A stretch of 64,000 bases of DNA from Candidatus Bathyarchaeia archaeon. GTDB lineage: Archaea; Thermoproteota; Bathyarchaeia; Bathyarchaeales; Bathycorpusculaceae. The notes under the pieces were generated by a model that saw only the letters and a list, made by a program, of their open reading frames with translations, was not told where the DNA came from and ran no database searches. A program made the position numbers and the translations under genes. This document shows, in pieces, positions 9,678-19,174 of this stretch. How positions within the stretch are numbered: the first letter of the stretch is position 1; each line of letters begins with the position of its first letter. The stretch spans positions 96,001 to 160,000 of the forward strand of contig JBEKOM010000001.1 in assembly GCA_049521795.1 (NCBI GenBank), written 5' to 3'.

Positions 9678-10055
9678 CTAGCTGTCACCAACAGCGCCCA
9701 GCTGGTCTTGAGAAATATAATGAAGCCACTCTGTGAGCTTTTCACAATCTTGCGGTGAAATGGCACTTGACGGGTCACATCGAGGGTTGTCTGGGCACAT
9801 CAGGCATGGGCAGTCAGCTATCGAGTCTATTGATGCCGGTAGCCTTTTGGGGAACAGTCTGTACGTCCATCTTCCCTCTCGGAGTTCTTTCTCTCTCCGG
9901 ATGAGCCCTTTGTTCTCGAGTTTAAGGGCTATTCTGGAGCCTTCGCGGCTGCTGGCGTCCAACTCATGCCAGAGGTCAGATTGGAGCACACCCTCAAAGC
10001 CTGTGGTCATTATAAACTGCAGAGCCCTCTGCTCCAAGTCATTGCGCTTCGGCAT
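9678..10055 (-). CDS. Transcription factor E beta subunit (archaeal RPC34 homologue; winged helix + Fe-S Cys cluster)
   Basis: wHTH (GVLQSDLW...LENKGLIRR) followed by PCLMCP...C....ISP..C..L..WL, the RPC34-type C-terminal cysteine pattern; 125 aa. Confidence 0.8.
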   Translation of the reverse strand: MPKRNDLEQRALQFIMTTGFEGVLQSDLWHELDASSREGSRIALKLENKGLIRREKELREGRWTYRLFPKRLPASIDSIADCPCLMCPDNPRCDPSSAISPQDCEKLTEWLHYISQDQLGAVGDS

Positions 10056-10134
10056 CTACATCAATTCCAAATCTTCCTGTTTAATATGTACAGCTTTTAA
10101 ATAAAAACCTGTATGTTTAAGATCGACAAAAACA

Positions 10135-11172
10135 ATGTTGAAAGATGGGAAAATGAAGGTTAAGGCACGGAGAGGCTACTGCTTGGGAATCGAATCGACG
10201 GCTGACGACTTCAGCGTTGGTGTGTCGACGTTTGACGGTGAAATACTTGCGAACGTGATAGACGCTTACGTGCCGCTGGAAGGTGGCATCCATCCGCGAG
10301 AGGCGGCCAGACACCATGCTGACGTGGCAAGTAAAGTTCTTCGAGAGGCTTTCGAAAAATCTGGGCTAAGGCCGAAAACCTTGTCTGTGTTGGCGTTTTC
10401 TCAGGGTCCAGGCTTGGGTCCGTGTCTGCGCACTGGTGCGACTGTGGCCCGGGCTTTAGCGTCCTACTTGGGCATTCCGCTTGTCGGAGTAAACCATTGC
10501 ATAGCGCACATTGAGATAGGTAAGCTTACGGCGGGCGCCAAAGACCCTGTGACACTGTATGTTTCTGGTGGCAACACGATGGTTGTAGCCTTTGAATCTG
10601 GGCGTTACCGGGTTTTCGGCGAGACGCTGGACATCGCTCTGGGAAATTGTCTTGATGTTTTCGCCAGGGAGGCTGGGCTTCGTCAGAAGGTAGGTGTGCC
10701 GTTCGGCGCCGTAGTAGAAAAGCTCGCGTTGGACGGGAAGAAGTTGATTCCGTTGCCATACTCGGTCAAGGGCATGGATGTGTCCTTGAGTGGTCTGTTA
10801 ACGGCGTCCGTTGCTCTGCTTGAGAAAGGAGGCTGTAGGCTTGAGGACCTATGCTATAGTCTTCAGGAGACGGCTTTTTCGATGGTGACCGAGGTCACTG
10901 AGAGGGCTCTGGCTCACACTGGGAAGAAAGAGCTTCTCTTGACCGGCGGCGTGGCTGCTAACAGAAGGTTGCAGTCGATGATCAGAGCCGTGGCCGAGGA
11001 GCATGGCGTCAGGTTCGAAGCGGTGGAGACGCAGTTTGCGGTGGACAACGGCGCGATGATTGCTTGGACTGGGGCTCTGGCTTACAGTCATGGTGTCGTT
11101 ACGCCGGTGGAGAAGAGTTTTGTCAGGCTGAGGTGGCGTCCTGAAGAGGTTGAGGTTCCGTGGGCAGAGTGA
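10135..11172 (+). CDS. kae1: KEOPS t6A synthase Kae1
   Basis: LGIESTA, GGIHPREAARHH, GVNHCIAHIEIG, GGVAAN, DNGAMIAW. Confidence 0.96.
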   Translation: MLKDGKMKVKARRGYCLGIESTADDFSVGVSTFDGEILANVIDAYVPLEGGIHPREAARHHADVASKVLREAFEKSGLRPKTLSVLAFSQGPGLGPCLRTGATVARALASYLGIPLVGVNHCIAHIEIGKLTAGAKDPVTLYVSGGNTMVVAFESGRYRVFGETLDIALGNCLDVFAREAGLRQKVGVPFGAVVEKLALDGKKLIPLPYSVKGMDVSLSGLLTASVALLEKGGCRLEDLCYSLQETAFSMVTEVTERALAHTGKKELLLTGGVAANRRLQSMIRAVAEEHGVRFEAVETQFAVDNGAMIAWTGALAYSHGVVTPVEKSFVRLRWRPEEVEVPWAE

Positions 11173-11834
11173 GTTCGCCAGTGTTGATCAAGAAGGGGGC
11201 TGAGGCTAACCTTTACCTTGCAGACTGGCATGGCAGAACGGCGGTGATGAAGAAACGTCTGCGCAAGGAGTACAGGCCGCAGAAGCTTGATGAGCAGATT
11301 CGCATTTTCAGGACGATCCATGAGCCGCAGTTGATGCATGAGGCAAAGAGGGCTGGCGTGCCTACGCCGATGATCTTTCTGGTCGATGTGAAGAACACGA
11401 CTATAATCATGGAGTACATCGATGGAAAACAGGTGAAACAGTTGCTCAGTGACATTTCTAAGGCTGAGAGGCAACGCTTGTTCCTCAGGATTGGCCAGTT
11501 GATAGCACAGCTTCACAAGTGCGGCTTGATTCACGGCGATTTGACCACGTCGAACATGATTGTAGGCTTGAGCGGGAGGGTTTTCTTCGTGGACTTCGGG
11601 CTTGGCGACAGGAACAGGGAGGTTGAGGCGAGGGGCGTTGACCTGCACTTGATGAAGAGAGCCCTTGAAACCACGCATTACCAGTTCGCTGGGCCTTGTT
11701 TTGAGTCTGTTTTGGCAGGCTACGAAAGCGTGTTAGGCGCAGGAGCAGCAAAAAGTGTTTTAGATAAAATCAAGGAAATAGAGAGGAGGGGACGCTATGT
11801 CGCAGAGAGGAAACAGGAAGAATCTTCAGCTTAA
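11169..11834 (+). CDS. bud32: KEOPS kinase Bud32
   Basis: KGAEA, HGDLTTSN, DFGL, IERRGRY; GTG start overlaps the kae1 stop. Confidence 0.95.
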   Translation: MSSPVLIKKGAEANLYLADWHGRTAVMKKRLRKEYRPQKLDEQIRIFRTIHEPQLMHEAKRAGVPTPMIFLVDVKNTTIIMEYIDGKQVKQLLSDISKAERQRLFLRIGQLIAQLHKCGLIHGDLTTSNMIVGLSGRVFFVDFGLGDRNREVEARGVDLHLMKRALETTHYQFAGPCFESVLAGYESVLGAGAAKSVLDKIKEIERRGRYVAERKQEESSA

Positions 11835-12402
11835 AGGCCGCGTCATATTCTTTGCAACGAACAACGTTAACAAGTTCGATGAAGCCCGCAGAGTCCTAAC
11901 CGAACACAACGTAGCGGTTGGCATGCTGAGAGTGAAGTCGCTTGAGATTCAAAGTGAAAGCCTCGAAGAGATCGCCAGAGCAAGCGCTTTGAACGCTTTT
12001 GAGAAGTGCCATCTGCCAATCATAGTGGAGGACGCCGGGCTGTTTACAGACGCTCTGAATGGTTTTCCTGGGCCGTACGCGGCTTACGTGTACAAGACGG
12101 TTGGAAACCAAGGTCTGTTGAGACTGATGAAGAACGTAAAAGCCAGGAGGGCTCACTTTGAGTCTGCGGTTGCATACTTCTCAGCGGAGCTACAGTCGCC
12201 GATCTGTTTTCACGGCGAAGTGATCGGAGAAATAACGGATGAGGAGAGAAAGGGAAGCAACAGGTCTGGTTTTGGTTTCGACCCGATCTTCAAGCCGCTG
12301 AATAGCCATAAGACATTCGCTGAGATGACCATCGAGGAGAAGAACGAGCACTCACATCGGGCAAGAGCCTTACGAAAATTCGTACTGTGGTACAAGAGCT
12401 AA
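11797..12402 (+). CDS. rdgB: Non-canonical purine NTP pyrophosphatase (RdgB/HAM1)
   Basis: FATNN..K, EDAGL...LNGFPGPY, GFGFDPIF, SHRARA. Confidence 0.95.
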   Translation: MSQRGNRKNLQLKGRVIFFATNNVNKFDEARRVLTEHNVAVGMLRVKSLEIQSESLEEIARASALNAFEKCHLPIIVEDAGLFTDALNGFPGPYAAYVYKTVGNQGLLRLMKNVKARRAHFESAVAYFSAELQSPICFHGEVIGEITDEERKGSNRSGFGFDPIFKPLNSHKTFAEMTIEEKNEHSHRARALRKFVLWYKS

Positions 12403-12466
12403 GATCCTTTGGCCTTGGCGCACGTTTTTAGGATTAAACGTACTGATAGACACTTCATAACGTTTA

Positions 12467-12661
12467 TTGTTGAGAAAGATTTATGTTCAAACAGTGACGC
12501 TTTTGGAAACAAGGGTCGAACAGGAGACTTTCATCGTATCTGAAGAAGAGCTTGAACGCTGTCGAATGTGCAGCAAAATGTTCAAACCATACAAGATTAA
12601 GGAACGTGGACGAGAGCTTGACAGCGCCATCTGTAAAGAGTGCCGCGAGAAATCTGCCTAG
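12467..12661 (+). CDS. Small zinc-finger hypothetical protein
   Basis: CRMC...CKEC pairs; start uncertain. Confidence 0.5.
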   Translation: MLRKIYVQTVTLLETRVEQETFIVSEEELERCRMCSKMFKPYKIKERGRELDSAICKECREKSA

Positions 12662-12795
12662 TGCACGCTAAACGTTTCCTGTTAATGTGACACAATCTCA
12701 TTTATCTTCCAGATCCTTGAAGGGCTAGCTGCGCGCGTTTTGAGGGTACACAAAACTTTTAAAAAGACTTCTGATGAACTTTACTCGATGTCAAA

Positions 12796-13629
12796 TTGGC
12801 TCAACCGAGCTATCCTCCGCCTCCTCCAGCTGAACACCCTCAAAGTTCCCGAGGAAGCGGTCTTCACGGCCCAGAAACCCATTTATTCACAAGCATCAGA
12901 ACTCATTTGACTTTCTTAGAACAACAACTCCCAACGTCGTTGGCAAAAAACTTTAGAAAAGGATTAGTCTTGGCCCTAATCCTCGGAGCAACACTCAGCA
13001 TAGCGTTATCTGCCCTCTTCGAACTCTTGATCGGGGTAAGTCTAGTTGCGATAGCAACTGTTTTTCCTCTTCTGGAAGAGATTTTCAAAGGTCTGAGCAT
13101 ACTGCTTGTAGCACTATTCGTCTGGAAGACAATTCCAAGCCGTCGGTACGGCGCGATCCTTGGAGCATCAACTGGGTTGGGATTCGCCATATCAGAAAAC
13201 ATCATTTACTCCGTTCAATACGCGTTAAGCAACGCTTCAAATTCAGCTGAGCTTATAGCCTCCAGATGGGTCGGTGTACCGTTCATGCATGTTACTTGGG
13301 ATGCTTTTGTCGGAATAGGGATTTTTGTCCTCTTGGCCCAAAAATCATCACGCCGAGGCACCCCATTATGGCTCGCAATGCCGTTTCTGCTTGCAGGTGT
13401 GCTCGCTCACATGCTATGGAACTCCATTGCAGTTGCACTTTCAGGCATAGACGTTTTCGGGGTCATTTTGGTGGATGTGATAGTGATTTTCATTCCGTTC
13501 GCTATAATGCTGAGAGACTTCCTCGGAGGGCATTTCAACCTCCAAGGCTTTTTGAAGTCTGCGACCGAGCCACGAGCTCCTCAAATTTTAATTCCGCCTC
13601 AGCCACCACCCCCACCCCCTCCACCCTAA
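12796..13629 (+). CDS. PrsW-family intramembrane metalloprotease
   Basis: EEIFK, GLGFAISEN, H motifs; Pro-rich termini. Confidence 0.85.
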   Translation: MAQPSYPPPPPAEHPQSSRGSGLHGPETHLFTSIRTHLTFLEQQLPTSLAKNFRKGLVLALILGATLSIALSALFELLIGVSLVAIATVFPLLEEIFKGLSILLVALFVWKTIPSRRYGAILGASTGLGFAISENIIYSVQYALSNASNSAELIASRWVGVPFMHVTWDAFVGIGIFVLLAQKSSRRGTPLWLAMPFLLAGVLAHMLWNSIAVALSGIDVFGVILVDVIVIFIPFAIMLRDFLGGHFNLQGFLKSATEPRAPQILIPPQPPPPPPPP

Positions 13630-13827
13630 TGTTCCCAACGGAAATCGCAAGTTTACACATGTACGATAACGATGCAAAACTCCCCATAGGCGACTCATTT
13701 GTCGTTTAGGAATCTCCAGCATTTCCATAACCAATCTTTGTTCGTCCACTGAGTCAGTCTGCGATATGGGCATGCGCTGAGTGAGTGCGAGAGTTATAAG
13801 AGTGCCAGGTTTGTTCTGGTTATAAAT

Positions 13828-15087
13828 TCACACGTTAATGTTTATGCTGTACACGCACATAATCCAGATGCCAGCTGCGTTTGGGATCGTGGGGGAAATT
13901 ATTACGCTAGAAGTATCGGCTTCCAAGCGTCTTGGTGTTGTTGCTTGGTACTCTCCGTCCAATCCTACCGTTACCGTCGTTTCGTTGAGAACGACATGAA
14001 AGGTGTTCCATTGGAATGGTGTCAATTGTGTCTTAACGGACGACACGTACCTTAGGTACTGCCCCTCTATTTTTTGCGATAATTCCAGAACTCCGTCCTT
14101 GTGGAAGACGACGTAGTAGTAGTTATCTTCGTTCGTGTAGTCGAAGACTATCCACGGTACATCCCAACTGTTCGCTCCCGCTATGATGGTTCTGATGTGT
14201 ACGTCGAAGCTGAAGTTTCTGGAGGTGACAGCCACTTTTGTGCCGATTCTTCCTGTTTGGAACACAACCAATATCAAAAGCAACGACACGACTACGACTA
14301 CGACTTCTTTCTTTCTGATTAAATGGAACTTATCCACACGTTTCTCGCTGCGTGCTTTCATCAAGGGTTTCGCAAGGTAGAGATCCGTTGCTAACGCAGG
14401 TATTATGTAGAAAGGAATGGATGTTTGGTTTATCTGAATTGGGAATTCAAATAGGTGGTTCAATACTAGCGATGCCATGAGTGATGCAATGAAGATCAAG
14501 AGAATAATCGTAGTCAATGATTTCTTAATTCCCAGAAATGATGCGACACTTTTTCTAGGATCGTTCATTTTCCCTAGTCCTGCGAGAAGTTCTCCTGCGA
14601 ACGAGAAGAAGACTATGGCTAGCACGGCTAACAGTGCCGTTGCGTTGAAGAAACCTAGCGAGCCGTATCCCAGGATGAAAATGAAGATGTATCTTAATGC
14701 GTGATGTATGGCATCAAACGGGGCTTTCCCACTACAAATGGGATAGAGAGAGTAAACTATCAGAATCAAGACTCCCATGACTATTTCAAAAGGTGTAAGT
14801 GGCATGAGAAGTGGAATCAACGATGCAAAAGCTATTGTGGAGTAGATTCTTGTTTTCTTTGAAGCATCTCTATTCTCTGCGAACATCATTGAAAAAAGTT
14901 TCGACATCACAACAAATACAGATACAAATACGAATACAAACGGGCTGATCGCGAGTCTTGACGAAATCAGGTATCCGAAGAACGCAGTCAAAAACACGTG
15001 TATGATTGATGACATGTGGGAGGGGAGTCTTGCCCAAGGACTGAGTGAGCGTGCCATATCCACGTGAGATATCCCCTCGTTTTTCAT
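13828..15087 (-). CDS. Multi-pass membrane protein (UbiA-like region) with C-terminal beta-sandwich (LamG/ConA-like) domain
   Basis: YSLYP...KAPFD..H and S.A..LG.KK recall the UbiA fold; C-terminal NYYYVVF...W.TFHVVL....V.LDG. Confidence 0.55.
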   Translation of the reverse strand: MKNEGISHVDMARSLSPWARLPSHMSSIIHVFLTAFFGYLISSRLAISPFVFVFVSVFVVMSKLFSMMFAENRDASKKTRIYSTIAFASLIPLLMPLTPFEIVMGVLILIVYSLYPICSGKAPFDAIHHALRYIFIFILGYGSLGFFNATALLAVLAIVFFSFAGELLAGLGKMNDPRKSVASFLGIKKSLTTIILLIFIASLMASLVLNHLFEFPIQINQTSIPFYIIPALATDLYLAKPLMKARSEKRVDKFHLIRKKEVVVVVVSLLLILVVFQTGRIGTKVAVTSRNFSFDVHIRTIIAGANSWDVPWIVFDYTNEDNYYYVVFHKDGVLELSQKIEGQYLRYVSSVKTQLTPFQWNTFHVVLNETTVTVGLDGEYQATTPRRLEADTSSVIISPTIPNAAGIWIMCVYSININV

Positions 15088-15479
15088 TGTTTCACATCGC
15101 TTACAGGAGTTTTAGGAAGTTCTTCCATTTTATTTTTTCTTGCAAGCTATTGATGTAACGTGTGAATAGCATTTAACCCCTTGTCTAGATAGGTACATCC
15201 TGATGTTCTTAGGTAAGAGTATCAGCAGCAAGTTGAAAAGGCTTGAGGAGTGGATCAATATGTGGAAGGGTTTGATTTCCTTGGATCTTCAATCCCTAGT
15301 TTGTCTATGTCCGTGCGCAGATTTAAGATTGCCTAGCGCGCGGTCTGTCAGAGAGAGTAAGTGAGAGGTGCGTGAGAGATAGAAGTAAAAGGTTTGGAGT
15401 TTTCGGGATAGAACTCTACCCAACCAACCAATTTAACGAGGGGTCAAGGCAGGCTGGGAGACAGCAAAGAACGCAAGAG

Positions 15480-15508
15480 AAAAAGGGAAAAGAAAAGGGG
15501 AAAAAAGG
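15480..15508 (-). terminator. Oligo-T archaeal terminator
   Basis: Minus strand reads as several T tracts (CCTTTTTTCCCCTTTTCTTTTCCCTTTT) immediately after the 15512 stop. Confidence 0.55.
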
Positions 15509-15511
15509 TGT

Positions 15512-15754
15512 CTAGAAGTATTTCTTGGTCGCGAATGCCGCTATTGTAGGCCCTATGATTATTGCAACGGCTATCAGCGCAGCTGCCTTCGAAATGTCGC
15601 CGCTAATGCCGAAGACTGATATTCCCCAGTTGGCAATTCCAAGCGCTAGCACAGCTAGGATTATGGCTAGGATTATGCCTATGATGCTTATCAGTAGCTC
15701 TTTTCCAGAGGAAGCTGCTTTTTCAGCCATTTGTTCAGCTTTTTTTTCAGCCAT
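15512..15754 (-). CDS. Small two-helix membrane protein (80 aa)
   Basis: MAEKKAEQMAEKAASSGKE followed by two long hydrophobic segments; oligo-T terminator downstream. Confidence 0.7.
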   Translation of the reverse strand: MAEKKAEQMAEKAASSGKELLISIIGIILAIILAVLALGIANWGISVFGISGDISKAAALIAVAIIIGPTIAAFATKKYF

Positions 15755-16008
15755 ATAAGCCACAGCCTTGTATCTCTCGGTCAGCACATAAAACACTTGT
15801 TGTTCTAACTCATCTGCGTGTTTATCCGCATCATGTTTTTCCGGGTTTTGGGGGTGGAGGTTATCCCAAACCAAACCTGACGACGATGCCTTGCTCTGGA
15901 AAAGCGCACGCGTGGTTGGTTTAGGCACCCACGCTGCATTTTACAAAAGATAGCTAGGTTAAAATATCCGTGCAACTTAGGAAGATTCAGGGAAGGGGGG
16001 ACGTGCCC

Positions 16009-16878
16009 ATGGTAAGCCTTTTCAAGAAAACCACGTTTCTAATGGTATTGCTATCATGGTCAACTCTTGTGATTTACATAGTGGCCGCGTCGGGTGACCA
16101 AGGGATATACATAAGCGCGATTAACCCTCCTGAAGTGTATCTTGGGGATAGTGTCCATGTTTATGGGGGAGGTGCCACACCCGGAAGCGTGGTAGTCGCC
16201 AAGTTAGTCGGCCTTCCTAGAGACGCGGTAGTCAACAACTTGACACTAGGATCAACCGTTGCAGGAGAGACGGGAGACTGGCAGATAGACTTCGTTACGC
16301 CGATAATCTTTCCTGGCAACTACACCATCCACGTCTTCGACGACAGAAATGTTCCGAGCAACCTCACAAGCTTTCAAGTTTTAATGAACATAACAATCAT
16401 ACCGGCGACCACCTTCACGTTTCAAGAAGTAACGAACACGACTTGGCAGTTCGGGCCCGTGACAAACGCAACACTGCCTATACTGTTCTTCGTGCCCCTC
16501 ACCGCTGCGCCCGCATCTGGACCATCAGGTGCATGGGTGACGATCTATGGACATTATGCTTCAGGAGGTCAAATTCAAGTCTACCTCAACAACACGCAAG
16601 TAGCCACGGTCGCCAAACCAAGCTCAGGAGACTGGAGCACCTCTTTTCAGGTACCCAGCGTTTCACCAGGAAACTACACGATAAGAGCTGTAGACACTGG
16701 AGCAAGGATCATAAGTCTCGCTTCATTCTTCGTAACGTCTGAAGTTAGCTTGTCACCAACCCCACTCCTGCTGCTAATCGGACTGTTTGCGCTCGCAGTG
16801 TTTTCAGGATTAGTCATGCTAGTGCTGCTCGCTGCCTACGCGAGACAACGCAAAAAATCAATCTCAGGCCGACATTGA
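16009..16878 (+). CDS. Cell-surface protein with two Ig/IPT-like repeats and a C-terminal TM anchor
   Basis: Signal-like N-terminus; repeated G.W...F.(T/V)P...PGNYTI; many N-x-T sequons; TM plus basic tail. Confidence 0.75.
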   Translation: MVSLFKKTTFLMVLLSWSTLVIYIVAASGDQGIYISAINPPEVYLGDSVHVYGGGATPGSVVVAKLVGLPRDAVVNNLTLGSTVAGETGDWQIDFVTPIIFPGNYTIHVFDDRNVPSNLTSFQVLMNITIIPATTFTFQEVTNTTWQFGPVTNATLPILFFVPLTAAPASGPSGAWVTIYGHYASGGQIQVYLNNTQVATVAKPSSGDWSTSFQVPSVSPGNYTIRAVDTGARIISLASFFVTSEVSLSPTPLLLLIGLFALAVFSGLVMLVLLAAYARQRKKSISGRH

Positions 16879-17075
16879 CAAAGCATACTTTGCGGCCTTC
16901 GTAACACTTCTTTGGTTTGGTGGGAGGTAGAGTTTATCCCAAACCCAAAGAGCGTGTGCCCGATGCATCAATAAGAGAAAAAAAGAGAGTTTGCCACGGA
17001 TATCTCCATCGTAGGGTGAATAAACTTTTAACATATCATTCCACGTTATTTCAGTGATGAGGAGCACTAGGAGAC

Positions 17076-18416
17076 TTGATAGTCGATTGCGTCTTGGCAA
17101 ATGCCAAAGCTTACTTTAAGCAGGCAATAGTAGACTGCAGCATCGCCTTCAATGAAGGTAGGATTTTCAAGATAGGCAGAGAATCGAGCATGCCCACCGC
17201 CGACGCAAGATTCGACCTAAAGAATCAGCTGGTTCTTCCTGGGCTGATCGACGCTCATGTGCATCTTCGGGATGAGGGTAAGTCGTACAAAGAAGACTTT
17301 GTCTCTGGCACGGCCGCTGCGGCTGCGGGTGGAATGACGACTGTTCTTGACATGCCTAACAACGAGCCAGTGACTACGAGTGCTGATGCTTTGAAGAATC
17401 GAATGAAGGTTGCGAAGGGAAGGATTCTGGTCGACGTTGGCTTCCGGTCTGAATTCCCGGGAAACGTTGGGGAGATAGAGGGAATTGTGCGAGAAGGTGC
17501 TGTGGGTTTCAAGTTTTTCATGGTTAATCAGGTCGGCGGGTTGGATGTAAACGATGATGAAGCCATGCTGGAAGCGTTCAAGGCTGTCGGCAAGCTTGAA
17601 GTTACGACCTCTGTTCACGCAGAGGACGAACAGACGTTGAAGAGGGCTGAGGCTGAGCTACAGCGCCGTAGACAGAATGATGTTGCCGCTTTCCTCAAGG
17701 CTCACTCCGAAAAGGTCGAGCTGAGAGCTGTAACACGTGTTCTGGACACGGTCAAGCAGGGCAACGTCCACGTGCATTTCTGCCACGTCAGCACGCTGGA
17801 AGGCTTAGGAGCCATTGCCGCTGGAAAGAAGTCTGGAATGCCGATATCTTGCGAAGCAACGCCGCACCACCTGCTTCTGACTGTTGACGACTTGAAGAAG
17901 GCGGGAACGTTGGGTGTGACTATGCCGCCGGTTCGGGATAAGCAGCACGCTGAAGCGTTATGGGAAGGTGTTAGAAACGGTTGGGTCGACATCGTGGCCT
18001 CGGACCACGCTCCGCACGCTATTGGGGAAAAGGAGGCGGAGACCGTTTGGGACGTCAAGGCCGGCATACCTGGGGTAGAGACAACTCTTCCGCTTCTGCT
18101 GACTCAAGTCAAACGAGGGCGATTGTCGATTGGTGATGTGGCGAGGCTCATGTCGGAGAAGCCCGCTGAGATCTTCAGCTTGAAGGGCAAAGGATGCTTG
18201 AGAGAAGGAAACGACGCCGACTTGACCGTGGTGGACGTACGCAAGAAGTTCAGAATTGATTCATCCAACTTTCAGTCTAAGGCCAAGTACTCTCCTTTTG
18301 ATGGGCGCGAGGTCGAGGGAAAACCTGCGAAAACGTTTGTCGGCGGACAGCTGATCATGGATGAAGGCGAAATCGTTGCCAAACCGGGAAGCGGTAGAAT
18401 CATTCGGAGACAGTGA
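17076..18416 (+). CDS. pyrC: Dihydroorotase-family amidohydrolase
   Basis: PGLIDAHVHLRD, DMPNN.P, HAED, SDHAPH, SKAKYSPFDG. Confidence 0.85.
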   Translation: MIVDCVLANAKAYFKQAIVDCSIAFNEGRIFKIGRESSMPTADARFDLKNQLVLPGLIDAHVHLRDEGKSYKEDFVSGTAAAAAGGMTTVLDMPNNEPVTTSADALKNRMKVAKGRILVDVGFRSEFPGNVGEIEGIVREGAVGFKFFMVNQVGGLDVNDDEAMLEAFKAVGKLEVTTSVHAEDEQTLKRAEAELQRRRQNDVAAFLKAHSEKVELRAVTRVLDTVKQGNVHVHFCHVSTLEGLGAIAAGKKSGMPISCEATPHHLLLTVDDLKKAGTLGVTMPPVRDKQHAEALWEGVRNGWVDIVASDHAPHAIGEKEAETVWDVKAGIPGVETTLPLLLTQVKRGRLSIGDVARLMSEKPAEIFSLKGKGCLREGNDADLTVVDVRKKFRIDSSNFQSKAKYSPFDGREVEGKPAKTFVGGQLIMDEGEIVAKPGSGRIIRRQ

Positions 18417-18420
18417 CCAT

Positions 18421-18909
18421 TTGAGGTTCCTCGCCGACGGCATGCTTGGAAAACTGACGCGTTGGCTTCGCATGCTGGGACAGGACGTGAAGTACTCGAA
18501 CAGCTTGGACGACCCGGAACTTCTGATGATAGCGAAAAAGGAGAAAAGAATTTTGCTGACGAGGGACTTTGAACTTTATCAACGAGCCAATGCCAGGGGA
18601 ATCGATGCCTTCTACTTGGAAGGACTGACTGAAGAAGAAAAACTGGCGGAGCTTGCCAAGAGGTACGATGTCAGACTGGAAATAGACATGGCGTCATCCA
18701 GATGTCCAAAGTGCAACTCAACCGTGAAGCCCACATCCAGAAAAGGGGCTGAGGACAAGGTTGAAAGAAGCACGTTTGACCATTACAAAGAGTTCTGGAA
18801 ATGCCCAAACTGCGGCCAGATATACTGGCAAGGCGCACACTGGGCGAGAATCAGAAAGACGCTGAACGCGGCAAAACAGATTTTGGAAGAAACAGAAAGA
18901 GAAAAATGA
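18421..18909 (+). CDS. Mut7-C RNase (PIN-fold + zinc ribbon, DUF82)
   Basis: FLADGMLGKLTRWLRMLG, LLTRD, RCPKCN, CPNCGQIYWQGAH. Confidence 0.92.
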   Translation: MRFLADGMLGKLTRWLRMLGQDVKYSNSLDDPELLMIAKKEKRILLTRDFELYQRANARGIDAFYLEGLTEEEKLAELAKRYDVRLEIDMASSRCPKCNSTVKPTSRKGAEDKVERSTFDHYKEFWKCPNCGQIYWQGAHWARIRKTLNAAKQILEETEREK

Positions 18910-18913
18910 GTTT

Positions 18914-19171
18914 CTAACGCTCTTCCAAGAGCCACTTCAACGGAATATCCTGGTAAGTCTTGTCGGGCAACGTTCGTCTTACAGTCATCGGCAGGATACC
19001 TGCTCCGAGCTCCTTCAGCGCTATGTCTATCGGACCTGAAAAGCCTTCTGACACGTCGACGAGTATGGGGGCCCCCATGGATATTTGCAGGGCCCTAGCG
19101 CCCACTATTCTTGCCTTCTCGAAACGGGTGAGCTTTGGCGGTCCGATCGTGATCCGTTTTGTCTCAGACGT
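18914..19171 (-). CDS. rpoK: RNA polymerase subunit K (Rpo6); apparent ACG start
   Basis: [26 protein letters not shown]; the conserved LTRFE lies upstream of the GTG in the ORF track. Confidence 0.9.
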   Translation of the reverse strand, partial: TSETKRITIGPPKLTRFEKARIVGARALQISMGAPILVDVSEGFSGPIDIALKELGAGILPMTVRRTLPDKTYQDIPLKWLLEER

Positions 19172-19174
19172 TTT

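Noticed and set aside
15088-15479. Long intergenic region as a possible RNA gene
   Set aside because: No tRNA cloverleaf, SRP, RNase P or C/D-box features were recognisable by eye.
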